DNA of 64,000 nucleotides from Escherichia coli (GTDB lineage Bacteria; Pseudomonadota; Gammaproteobacteria; Enterobacterales; Enterobacteriaceae): NCBI RefSeq assembly GCF_044324785.1, contig NZ_CP172127.1; one strand, 5' to 3'. Shown piece by piece: positions 53,301 to 64,000 of this stretch (position 1 is its first letter; each line of letters starts with the position of its first letter). The notes under the pieces were generated by a model. It saw only the letters and a program-made list of their open reading frames with translations, ran no database searches and was not told where the DNA came from. The position numbers and the translations under genes were made by a program.

Positions 53301-54612
53301 CGTAGGCAACTGCTGAAATCGCATAATAATTGTCTTTGCCTGGACGGTAAGCCGGGAGCGTTACTTGCCACTGACTACCCTGACCGGTAATTTTGCCACC
53401 TTCAGCCAGTAATGACGGCGCTTCCCACTGCACATTTTTCAGTCCGTGAGTTGCTTTGCTCACCACAAGTCCCAGGGAAAGTGTCTGACCGCCCTTGCCT
53501 TCAATACGCTCAGGCAGAGCAATACGAATCACTTCAGATTTGCGGTACTCAAGAACGATGTTGTTATTACGCTCAACCAGGTCATAGCGGCTGCCTGCCA
53601 GCATTCGACGCTCGCGAATGCTGTCTGTATCGAGTTGTTTTTCCAGAGGTTCGCCAATTCGGTAGTTAACTTCCAGGCCAAAGCGAGTGTCATTCTCACC
53701 ACTCTTGCCCTGCTTATGCCCGGCGCTCAGTGTCAGAAGAGGCACTGGTGTATAGGTTACCTCGGCAGAAATAGCATGCGGGTCTTTCTGGCGTTTATCT
53801 TTACCAAACAGCCCGACTTCATCGCCATAATACTGCTCATACATCAGGCTTGCGCCAAGCTGCGGCCAGGCAGGTAAATAGCCCTCAGCACGAATATCCC
53901 AGCCATTCGCCGGGCGTTCCTGATAATCCTCAACATCCGGCGATTTTTTCCAGCCAGAAGCCCGGATATAACCATTGGCGCTCAGTTTCAAATAATCACG
54001 CCAGTATTCCGCACCAACACCAATGCGGGTATGACTACGGGATAAATCATGATCGATAAAAGTGTTCACCCCCGCCATCCAGTCATTTCCTGAAAAATGA
54101 CGCCAGCCAAAACCAATATTTGACTGAGTACGATCGTCGGTACGATGTATTGCCCCCTGAGTGAACAACATATTTGTCGGCGTGTCATAAATCGGATAAA
54201 GCATTTCCAGCGAAGAGTCCTTCAGCGAGAAATCTTTATCGACATTCAGTTTGACGCGCGCAGTACCATATTTCCCGAGCCACTCCTGTATTTCCTGGTT
54301 AGCTTTAGCTGTGGCCATTCCGGTAATAAAGTTACGTGTCGCATCGCTATCTGGCTGACTGCTTAAAAATGTCCCGGCATTTGCGGCAAACGACGCGACA
54401 TTTTTCTCCACGTTATTATCAGCAGTTACCGTAGTATTTCCCATGCTCAACCGTGGCTGAACCGCATGCTGCGCACGTGCCGCCATTACTGGGGTAAAGG
54501 TGACAGCGAGTGGAAAAAGAACCTGAACAGAGATATTTGCCCACGCCACGCAGCGGGCCAGAACTGAATAACGAAATCGTGGTTGTTTATGACCTGTTTT
54601 ATAACGTGACAT
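50359..54612 (-). CDS. eaeH: intimin/invasin-family inverse autotransporter adhesin with tandem bacterial Ig-like domains (FdeC-like), full length
   Basis: 1417-aa ORF: signal sequence, N-terminal beta-barrel region, then many ~100-aa Big-type repeats (recurring ...LTV.A.D..GNP..G... blocks). Confidence 0.9.
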   Translation of the reverse strand: MSRYKTGHKQPRFRYSVLARCVAWANISVQVLFPLAVTFTPVMAARAQHAVQPRLSMGNTTVTADNNVEKNVASFAANAGTFLSSQPDSDATRNFITGMATAKANQEIQEWLGKYGTARVKLNVDKDFSLKDSSLEMLYPIYDTPTNMLFTQGAIHRTDDRTQSNIGFGWRHFSGNDWMAGVNTFIDHDLSRSHTRIGVGAEYWRDYLKLSANGYIRASGWKKSPDVEDYQERPANGWDIRAEGYLPAWPQLGASLMYEQYYGDEVGLFGKDKRQKDPHAISAEVTYTPVPLLTLSAGHKQGKSGENDTRFGLEVNYRIGEPLEKQLDTDSIRERRMLAGSRYDLVERNNNIVLEYRKSEVIRIALPERIEGKGGQTLSLGLVVSKATHGLKNVQWEAPSLLAEGGKITGQGSQWQVTLPAYRPGKDNYYAISAVAYDKKGNASKRVQTEVVITGAGMSADRTALTLDGQSRIQMLANGNEQKPLVLSLRDAEGQPVTGMKEQIKTELTFKPAGNIVTRTLKATKSQAQPTLGEFTETEAGVYQSVFTTGTQSGEATITVSVDGMSKTVTAELRATMMDVANSTLSANEPSGDVVADGQQAYTLTLTAVDSEGNPVTGEASRLRLVPQDTNGVTVGAISEIKPGVYSATVSSTRAGNVVVRAFSEQYQLGTLQQTLKFVAGPLDAAHSSITLNPDKPVVGGTLTAIWSTKDANDNPVTSLTPEAPSLAGAAAVGSTASGWTNNGDGTWTAQITLGSTAGELEVMPKLNGQDAAANAAKVTVVADALSSGQSTVSVAADRVKAGESTTVTLVAKDAHGNAISGLSLSASLTGTASEGATISSWTEKGDGYYVATLTTGGKTGELRVMPLFNGQPAATEAAQLTVIAGEMSSANSTLVADNKTPTVKTTTELTFTVKDAYGNPVTGLKPDAPVFSGAASTGSARPSAGSWTEQSNGVYVATLTLGSAAGQLSVMPRVNGQNAVAQPLVLNVAGDASRAVISDMAVKVNNQLANGQSANQVTLTVVDSYGNPLQGQEVTLTLPQGVTSKTGNTVTTNAAGKADIELISTVAGELEIAAVVKNSQKTVTVKFNADASTGQANLQVDTAVQKVANGKDAFTLTATVEDKNGNPVPGTLVTFNLPRGVKPLTGDNVWVKANDEGKAELQVVSVTAGTYEITASAGNSQPSNTQTITFVADKTTATVSGIEVIGNYALADGKAKQTYKVTVTDANNNLLKDSDVTLTASPASLNLEPNGTATTNEQGQAIFTATTTVAATYTLKAQVSQTNGQVSTKTAESKFVADDKNAELTASSDVQSLVADGKSTAKLEVTLFSANNPVGGNVWVDIEAPEGVTEKDYQFLPSKNDHFVSGKITRKFSTSKPGVYTFTFNALTYGGYEMKPVTVTITAVDADTAKDEEAMK

Positions 54613-55162
54613 TGAGATAATTTCCTGATGAACGAATTAACGAACATAGGCAGACACAAATAGTGGCGTCTGCTTGTCAGAAAAACCGGGAAATCCCCGA
54701 TTTCCTTTTCCGCAGAAAAGGAAATACCTTTATGTAAGAAAGTACACCGCCACCTAATATATCCAGTGTCTGTAGCCACTCATCAGGTGGTTGGGCGCGG
54801 GATTATATTTTTATTTATGGGTAAAAATTTAGCTTTTTGTGCAAGTTATTAAATAGATACTTAAGTTATATTTCTTACTCTGCGGGCAGTGAATAATTCA
54901 TTATTAAGAGTGAATAATAATGACCTGTCTTTAATTAATCGCTATTGGGAATACGTCGAAGTAGGTATATACACCAGGATAAACCAATATATTTTTTATG
55001 GATATTCATTTTCCTTCATCAGACTGTGAATTGCAGGGATATCGAACTTGCACGACTCATCGCAACACTCAAACAGATTTATGAATTTCGTTCATAACCC
55101 CTGACAAATCCTGCCGTCTAATCGAGCTTTTCCCTTTACGTTATGCTTCTCATGAACGATAA

Positions 55163-57154
<1,992 letters not shown>

Positions 57155-57433
57155 CTAAACTTTCAGGAGATTTATTATGAATAAACGTACCCTCACGATT
57201 GTGCCATTCTTCTTACCGATATTCTGACACACATCATTAACTTTCTATTTTTACTCTTTTCTCCACCATAAAATCAATAAAAGCACTAACAGTAATTATA
57301 AATAAAAACAAAGCCAAAAATCTTGGTTCCAAAGCTGGTAACAACTAACCAGTTTAAATATACGCATCAAAATCAGATAAATATTTGAGGTATTGTCATA
57401 ACAAATAAACACCTATCACTGTTTTCTCCTTTT

Positions 57434-57640
57434 ATGCTGACAGAAAAAATAAAGCCATGTAATCGTATCGTTATGGCTCCTATGACGACCTGGTCAGCTA
57501 ATCCTGATGGAACCATCTCTGAGCAAGAACTCGAATATTATAAACGTCGCTCACAAAATATTGGTTTAGTAATTACAGGATATACCTATGTCACGCCAAG
57601 GAAATTCAGACATCTAGAGGAACTGGCTGGTTTCCGTTAA
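57434..57640 (+). pseudogene. N-terminal fragment of an Old-Yellow-Enzyme-family NADH:flavin oxidoreductase (truncated after ~68 codons)
   Basis: …NRIVMAPMTT…GLVITGYTYV… matches the conserved OYE N-terminus; the ORF stops far short of the ~350 aa family length. Confidence 0.5.
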
Positions 57641-58079
57641 TGGATTAAATATCTATTACTCTCCCGAGAGTAAAACTATCAAATCAATGAGTAACCGATA
57701 CAGTCTCACAAATTCTTTCAGATAATTAACCCGTCACTGCGGCACGTTCTCTCATAAGGCGTGCCTGCAGTGTAATCCAGTATGTATCCGGCATAGTTGA
57801 CGGTTTAATAAAGCTCAATTCCTCGCCCAGGTTACCAACAACGATATCTTGTATAACACCCCAGGAGATACGACATTATGATGAGATGCGATATGCTCCT
57901 CAGCGCCAATCAACTCGAGGACTGGGCCAGTCTTGAGATCAGACTCATTCCCGGAACTGACTTTAGGCGACATATATCAATGACGTTGGGGCAATAAAAG
58001 ATAGTCGATGTAATACATCTATTCAAATTTGTGATACATGTCAAAAAATTGGTTGACCAAACTCGTTATTTATATAAGG

Positions 58080-58104
58080 GCACTTACGAAGTGCGCTCTT
58101 TTTT
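58080..58104 (+). terminator. weak rho-independent terminator-like hairpin gcact-tacga-agtgc followed by TTTTTT
   Basis: 5-bp stem plus T-run read directly in sequence, just upstream of the 33-codon ORF. Confidence 0.3.
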
Positions 58105-58121
58105 AAAGCGAGGAAGTACCA

Positions 58122-58223
58122 ATGAAAGAGAATAAAGTACAACAAATCAGTCATAAACTGATTAATATCGTTGTTTTTGTCGCAATTGTAGAATACGCCT
58201 ATTTATTTCTCCATTTCTATTAA
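58122..58223 (+). CDS. ykgR: 33-aa hydrophobic small membrane peptide (MKENKVQQISHKLINIVVFVAIVEYAYLFLHFY)
   Basis: ATG preceded by GAGGAAG; single predicted TM helix; position and length match a small membrane protein I recall in this region, but the sequence identity is unverified. Confidence 0.4.
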   Translation: MKENKVQQISHKLINIVVFVAIVEYAYLFLHFY

Positions 58224-58557
58224 TAACGGCAATAAACTGTTCACTGCAGTGATATTTAAAATATGCATCCTCTCCCTTTTTTGTAAGTAATTATTATATC
58301 CGTGGGAGAGGAATACACGCTGTCAGGTAATCAATCATACTACGATAAATCATCGGCCAGTAAAGTGGAGATAACCTCCATTCTCGAAAAATCCATACTC
58401 TCAGCAAAACCATCATCAATCACTCATCCAGGCGTTTATGGGAGCGTCACCAATGGCTGCTAACAATGCCAGAGTTCCCCGTTGCCGAAATTCCACATCC
58501 ACAAAGGGTCACAGGGATTGGGTGTTGAAATGATCCGGATGAGCATGTATCCTTACG

Positions 58558-58575
58558 GTTATGTTATAACATAAC
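58558..58575 (+). promoter_or_regulatory. Zur box: perfect 18-bp palindrome GTTATGTTATAACATAAC
   Basis: Read directly in sequence 12 bp upstream of ykgM; matches the Zur operator consensus (GTTATGTTATAACATAAC-like); ykgM-ykgO are known zinc-repressed ribosomal paralogues. Confidence 0.75.
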
Positions 58576-58586
58576 AGGCGAAAATA

Positions 58587-58850
58587 ATGAAACCCAATAT
58601 CCATCCTGAGTATCGTACTGTGGTGTTCCACGACACCAGTGTTGATGAGTACTTTAAAATCGGCTCGACTATCAAAACAGACCGTGAGATTGAGCTGGAT
58701 GGCGTAACGTATCCGTACGTAACAATTGATGTCTCTTCGAAATCGCACCCGTTCTATACAGGGAAGCTGAGAACAGTGGCATCAGAAGGAAATGTTGCAC
58801 GGTTCACCCAACGTTTTGGTCGTTTTGTTAGCACGAAAAAGGGGGCATGA
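58587..58850 (+). CDS. ykgM: zinc-independent ribosomal protein L31 paralogue (type B)
   Basis: 87-aa [26 protein letters not shown]... matching RpmE2/YkgM; lacks the CxxC zinc ribbon. Confidence 0.92.
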
Positions 58851-58990
58851 TGAAAGTCCTTAACTCTCTGCGTACCGCAAAAGAACGCCATCCAGACTGT
58901 CAGATTGTGAAGCGAAAAGGACGGCTGTATGTGATTTGTAAATCTAATCCACGTTTTAAGGCCGTTCAGGGTCGTAAGAAAAAACGTTGA
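58850..58990 (+). CDS. ykgO: ribosomal protein L36 paralogue
   Basis: Not in the ORF track (<60 aa); translated by hand: [46 protein letters not shown] (46 aa); ATG overlaps ykgM TGA (TGATG). Confidence 0.9.
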   Translation: MKVLNSLRTAKERHPDCQIVKRKGRLYVICKSNPRFKAVQGRKKKR

Positions 58991-59018
58991 GTTAAAATTC
59001 GACGAATTAACGATATTT

Positions 59019-59037
59019 GTCTGATTAATAATCAGAC
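59019..59037 (+). terminator. hairpin gtctgatt-aat-aatcagac downstream of ykgO, followed by a second imperfect palindrome to ~59075
   Basis: 8-bp stem read in sequence 28 bp after the ykgO stop. Confidence 0.4.
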
Positions 59038-60004
59038 CGGATTAATGTTGGTGTATTTATTACACCAGCATTAATTTTCCTGGGGATGTATCTTCCTGTT
59101 CATTTAAGGTCAACTGCCTGACGTTTCTCTCCGAATATTCCATTATATTAATGTTGACTTGTTGACCAGCTTCGCCCTGTATGCTGGCATCAACTCTATT
59201 TTAGACTGAACACGCCACTCAGTTTCCTCCCTTTGCGACGCAGCCTGCATTTACACTCAAACTGTTAAGATGATAAATGTGGTAAATCTGTTGGTACTGA
59301 CATAAAAACGTTTACGCCACAGGAACGACCTGATCCATCGGTAACCCCATCGCCGACGTTCGAGTGCCAGTTAGAGTAACGCGCACAGATGACTGAATGC
59401 AGTGCCCTGGCAAAGAGGCCATCGTTCCTGTGACAACTGGCAGTCTTCGTTTAACTTCACTTAATTTGGCTCTTAGGGGGCTTACCGGACAGATGACGTA
59501 CTTACGCCTGTTTAATTTTTCATCACTTATTGGGATGAACACCCATAACCATTTTGTGCGGCATGTTAATCCATTAAAACACCTTACTGATTGGCAAATC
59601 ATCTTTAATTATGACTTATGATAGTTTTATATTCTATTTCTTATCATTTAAACTTGTTTTTTTACTAGTCCATTACACAACACATTAAGACTATTCCTAA
59701 CACCTCAGGGCAAAGTTCCTGGCTAATATAAAATGCAAGTAAGAATTGAACGTTATATTGCCAATAACCTTATGAAACTGAATGTCTTTTTCTTCTTATC
59801 AAAAAAGCAATATTTTCATTTTTTGTAAATATTGACTTAACCATGGAATTCATTTTCTGTTCACATATTGACACTCATCAGGAAAAAAACATAAATTTAA
59901 ACCTAATCGAAATAATTAAAACTTAATCTCGTTTAACCTATATTGATATGTGCTACGTATCTTATTTACTTCCGATTTACTAAAGAAACTGAATGTACCT
60001 GTAA

Positions 60005-60616
<612 letters not shown>

Positions 60617-60690
60617 ACTCCAGGCAAGTTAGTTTTAAAAAATGACTCACAGGGACATCACGTCCTCAATTCAACTCGGGAAGAAATGCA

Positions 60691-61278
60691 ATGAAAAAAA
60701 AGGTTCTGGCAATAGCTCTGGTAACGGTGTTTACCGGCATGGGTGTGGCGCAGGCTGCTGACGTAACAGCTCAGGCTGTAGCGACCTGGTCAGCAACAGC
60801 CAAAAAAGACACCACCAGTAAGCTGGTTGTGACGCCACTCGGTAGCCTGGCGTTCCAGTATGCCGAAGGCATTAAAGGTTTTAACTCACAGAAAGGTCTA
60901 TTTGACGTGGCTATCGAGGGTGACTCAACGGCTACCGCCTTTAAACTGACCTCACGTCTTATCACCAACACCTTAACCCAGTTGGATACCTCAGGTTCCA
61001 CACTGAATGTGGGCGTGGATTATAACGGCGCGGCAGTCGAAAAAACTGGCGATACCGTGATGATCGATACCGCCAACGGCGTACTGGGCGGCAACCTTAG
61101 CCCACTGGCTAACGGTTACAATGCCAGCAATCGTACCACCGCACAGGATGGTTTCACTTTCTCCATCATCAGCGGCACCACCAATGGTACCACCGCAGTA
61201 ACCGATTACAGCACTCTACCGGAAGGCATCTGGAGCGGCGACGTTAGCGTACAGTTCGACGCTACCTGGACCAGTTAA
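60691..61278 (+). CDS. ecpA: E. coli common pilus major subunit
   Basis: 195-aa ORF with signal peptide ending AQA, matching EcpA/MatB. Confidence 0.93.
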   Translation: MKKKVLAIALVTVFTGMGVAQAADVTAQAVATWSATAKKDTTSKLVVTPLGSLAFQYAEGIKGFNSQKGLFDVAIEGDSTATAFKLTSRLITNTLTQLDTSGSTLNVGVDYNGAAVEKTGDTVMIDTANGVLGGNLSPLANGYNASNRTTAQDGFTFSIISGTTNGTTAVTDYSTLPEGIWSGDVSVQFDATWTS

Positions 61279-61334
61279 TCTCTCTGATGTACCAGCAGGG
61301 GTACCCCCCTGCTTTATTCCTGGACGGAATTGTT

Positions 61335-62003
61335 ATGAAAAAGCACCTTCTGCCTCTCACTCTGCTGTTTTCCGGAATATCTCCGGCCCAGGCGCTGGAT
61401 GTCGGCGATATATCATCGTTTATGAACAGTGACAGCAGCACGCTGAGCAAAACGATCCAAAACAGTACCGACAGTGGCCGCCTCATCAATATCCGTCTCG
61501 AACGGCTCTCTTCACCGCTTGACGACGGGCAGGTTATCGCAATGGACAAGCCGGATGAGTTGCTACTCACTCCCGCCAGCTTGCTGCTACCCGCCCAAGC
61601 CAGCGAAGTGATCCGCTTCTTCTATAAGGGACCCGCAGATGAAAAAGAGCGCTACTACCGCGTTGTCTGGTTTGATCAGGCCCTCAGTGATGCGCAGCGC
61701 GATAATGCCAACCGCAGCGCTGTGGCCACTGCTTCCGCCCGCATCGGCACCATTCTGGTCGTCGCACCCCGCCAGGCGAACTACCACTTTCAGTACGCCA
61801 ACAGCTCCCTGACAAATACAGGAAATGCGACGCTGCGGATCCTCGCCTACGGCCCCTGCCTGAAAGCCGCCAATGGTAAAGAGTGTAAAGAGAATTACTA
61901 CCTGATGCCGGGTAAGTCGCGTCGTTTTACCCGCGTGGATACGGCGGATAACAAAGGACGGGTTGCACTTTGGCAGGGTGATAAGTTCATTCCCGTGAAA
62001 TAG
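61335..62003 (+). CDS. ecpB: ECP pilus chaperone
   Basis: ORF 61287..62003 trimmed to ATG 61335 ([20 protein letters not shown]..., 222 aa). Confidence 0.9.
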   Translation: MKKHLLPLTLLFSGISPAQALDVGDISSFMNSDSSTLSKTIQNSTDSGRLINIRLERLSSPLDDGQVIAMDKPDELLLTPASLLLPAQASEVIRFFYKGPADEKERYYRVVWFDQALSDAQRDNANRSAVATASARIGTILVVAPRQANYHFQYANSSLTNTGNATLRILAYGPCLKAANGKECKENYYLMPGKSRRFTRVDTADNKGRVALWQGDKFIPVK

Positions 62004-62028
62004 ATAGCTGTGCAGATGGATAACGACA

Positions 62029-64000
62029 ATGCCTTTACGACGGTTCTCCCCAGGACTGAAAGCCCAGTTTGCCTTCGGCATGGTCTTTTTGTTCGTTCAG
62101 CCCGATGCCAGCGCTGCTGACATAAGTGCGCAGCAAATAGGTGGGGTGATTATTCCGCAGGCCTTCAGTCAGGCGCTCCAGGACGGCATGAGCGTCCCGC
62201 TTTATATTCATCTCGCCGGTAGCCAGGGTCGCCAGGACGATCAGCGAATCGGCAGCGCTTTTATCTGGCTGGATGATGGACAGCTACGCATCCGGAAAAT
62301 ACAGCTGGAAGAGAGTGAAGATAACGCCAGTGTCAGCGAACAAACTCGACAGCAGCTGATGGCTCTGGCGAACGCCCCGTTCAATGAGGCCCTTACCATC
62401 CCCCTGACTGACAACGCGCAGCTGGATCTCAGCTTGCGCCAACTGCTGCTGCAGCTGGTGGTCAAGCGCGAAGCGCTGGGCACCGTACTACGCTCACGTA
62501 GCGAAGACATCGGGCAGTCCAGTGTTAACACCCTCAGCAGTAATCTGAGCTATAACTTCGGCGTCTATAACAACCAGTTGCGTAACGGCGGGAGCAACAC
62601 ATCCAGCTATCTGTCGCTGAATAACGTTACTGCACTGCGCGAACATCATGTGGTGCTCGACGGCTCGCTGTACGGGATCGGTAGCGGTCAACAGGACAGT
62701 GAATTATATAAAGCGATGTATGAACGCGATTTTGCCGGTCACCGATTTGCCGGTGGAATGCTCGACACCTGGAACTTGCAGTCCTTAGGGCCGATGACCG
62801 CCATTTCAGCAGGGAAGATTTACGGCCTTTCCTGGGGAAACCAGGCCAGCTCCACCATCTTCGACAGCAGCCAGTCAGCCACGCCAGTGATCGCCTTTTT
62901 ACCGGCGGCGGGCGAAGTACATCTCACCCGTGATGGGCGGCTACTAAGCGTTCAGAACTTCACCATGGGCAATCATGAAGTGGATACCCGGGGTCTACCG
63001 TACGGTATTTACGATGTGGAAGTTGAGGTGATCGTTAACGGTCGCGTGATCAGCAAACGCACTCAACGGGTCAATAAGCTGTTTAGCCGGGGGCGCGGCG
63101 TCGGTGCACCACTGGCGTGGCAGATATGGGGCGGTAGCTTTCATATGGATCGCTGGTCGGAAAACGGGAAAAAGACGCGACCAGCTAAAGAGAGTTGGCT
63201 GGCAGGTGCCTCGACCTCCGGCTCACTGAGTACGCTTAGCTGGGCGGCAACGGGATATGGATACGATAATCAGGCGGTGGGTGAAACCCGTCTGACGCTG
63301 CCGCTTGGGGGAGCGATCAACGTTAACCTGCAAAATATGCTGGCCAGTGACAGCTCATGGAGCAACATCGCCAGCATCAGCGCCACTCTACCGGGAGGCT
63401 TTAGTTCGCTGTGGGTTAACCAGGAAAAAACCCGCATTGGCAATCAATTGCGACGTAGCGATGCCGACAACCGTGCAATCGGCGGCACACTCAACCTGAA
63501 CTCACTGTGGTCGAAGCTGGGCACATTCAGCATCAGCTACAATGATGACCGCCGTTACAACAGCCATTATTACACGGCAGATTACTATCAAAGTGTCTAC
63601 AGCGGTACCTTTGGTTCGCTTGGCCTGCGGGCCGGTATTCAGCGCTATAACAACGGCGACAGCAGCGCCAATACAGGGAAATATATCGCTCTCGATCTCT
63701 CGCTACCACTGGGCAACTGGTTTAGCGCAGGGATGACCCATCAAAACGGCTACACCATGGCAAACCTGTCAGCACGCAAACAGTTTGATGAAGGAACCAT
63801 TCGCACTGTTGGTGCCAATCTGTCACGAGCCATCTCCGGCGATACCGGTGATGACAAAACCCTCAGCGGTGGGGCGTATGCACAGTTCGACGCTCGTTAC
63901 GCCAGCGGAACGCTGAACGTCAATAGCGCGGCGGACGGCTACATCAATACCAATTTGACCGCCAACGGCAGCGTCGGCTGGCAAGGTAAAAACATCGCTG
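62029..64000 (+). CDS. ecpC: ECP pilus outer-membrane usher, 3'-truncated by window edge
   Basis: Absent from ORF track because no stop in window; hand translation from ATG 62029 ([36 protein letters not shown]...) stays open to position 64000. Confidence 0.9.
   Translation, partial: MPLRRFSPGLKAQFAFGMVFLFVQPDASAADISAQQIGGVIIPQAFSQALQDGMSVPLYIHLAGSQGRQDDQRIGSAFIWLDDGQLRIRKIQLEESEDNASVSEQTRQQLMALANAPFNEALTIPLTDNAQLDLSLRQLLLQLVVKREALGTVLRSRSEDIGQSSVNTLSSNLSYNFGVYNNQLRNGGSNTSSYLSLNNVTALREHHVVLDGSLYGIGSGQQDSELYKAMYERDFAGHRFAGGMLDTWNLQSLGPMTAISAGKIYGLSWGNQASSTIFDSSQSATPVIAFLPAAGEVHLTRDGRLLSVQNFTMGNHEVDTRGLPYGIYDVEVEVIVNGRVISKRTQRVNKLFSRGRGVGAPLAWQIWGGSFHMDRWSENGKKTRPAKESWLAGASTSGSLSTLSWAATGYGYDNQAVGETRLTLPLGGAINVNLQNMLASDSSWSNIASISATLPGGFSSLWVNQEKTRIGNQLRRSDADNRAIGGTLNLNSLWSKLGTFSISYNDDRRYNSHYYTADYYQSVYSGTFGSLGLRAGIQRYNNGDSSANTGKYIALDLSLPLGNWFSAGMTHQNGYTMANLSARKQFDEGTIRTVGANLSRAISGDTGDDKTLSGGAYAQFDARYASGTLNVNSAADGYINTNLTANGSVGWQGKNIA

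Noticed and set aside
50783-53877. Several plus-strand ORFs of 60-150 aa inside eaeH
   Set aside because: They are antisense to the repetitive adhesin gene; Ser/Thr/Val/Ala-rich translations mirror the repeat composition.
59312-59621. Overlapping small ORFs (96 aa minus, 74 aa plus) upstream of ecpR as candidate genes
   Set aside because: No ribosome-binding site or recognisable domain; they cannot both be real; insufficient evidence to annotate, though one may correspond to a small gene reported here in K-12.

Overview
This window is an Escherichia coli chromosomal segment, identified from the translated ORFs, which match well-known E. coli proteins from memory; no database search was run. 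It is in reverse orientation to the K-12 MG1655 map and appears to be a non-K-12 strain, because eaeH is full length and there are extra genes. Gene order: lacA 3' end; cynXST and cynR; codBA; prpBCDE and prpR with a sigma-54 promoter; yahO, yahN, yahM, yahL, yahK; a four-gene sugar-type ABC transporter plus an ASCH-domain gene that K-12 lacks at this position as I recall it; yahJ, yahI, a REP cluster, yahG, yahF, yahE, yahD, yahC, yahB, pdeL; betTIBA; ykgH, ykgGFE; rclR and rclABC; an aldo-keto reductase; ykgA; intact eaeH (1417 aa); a second aldo-keto reductase and a LysR regulator beside a truncated oxidoreductase fragment; a 33-aa membrane peptide; Zur-box-controlled ykgM-ykgO; and ecpRAB with ecpC running off the window end. 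No rRNA, tRNA, CRISPR array, transposase or prophage genes were seen. The best candidate for something undescribed is the yahK-yahJ accessory module fused to the uncharacterised yahDEFG-yahIJ cluster, which may form one uptake-plus-catabolism pathway; this is a hypothesis, not a demonstrated system. ORF-track starts often use upstream TTG/GTG codons; I trimmed them to the ATG (or known GTG/TTG) matching the protein N-terminus I recall. All comparisons to K-12 are from memory and need alignment to confirm.
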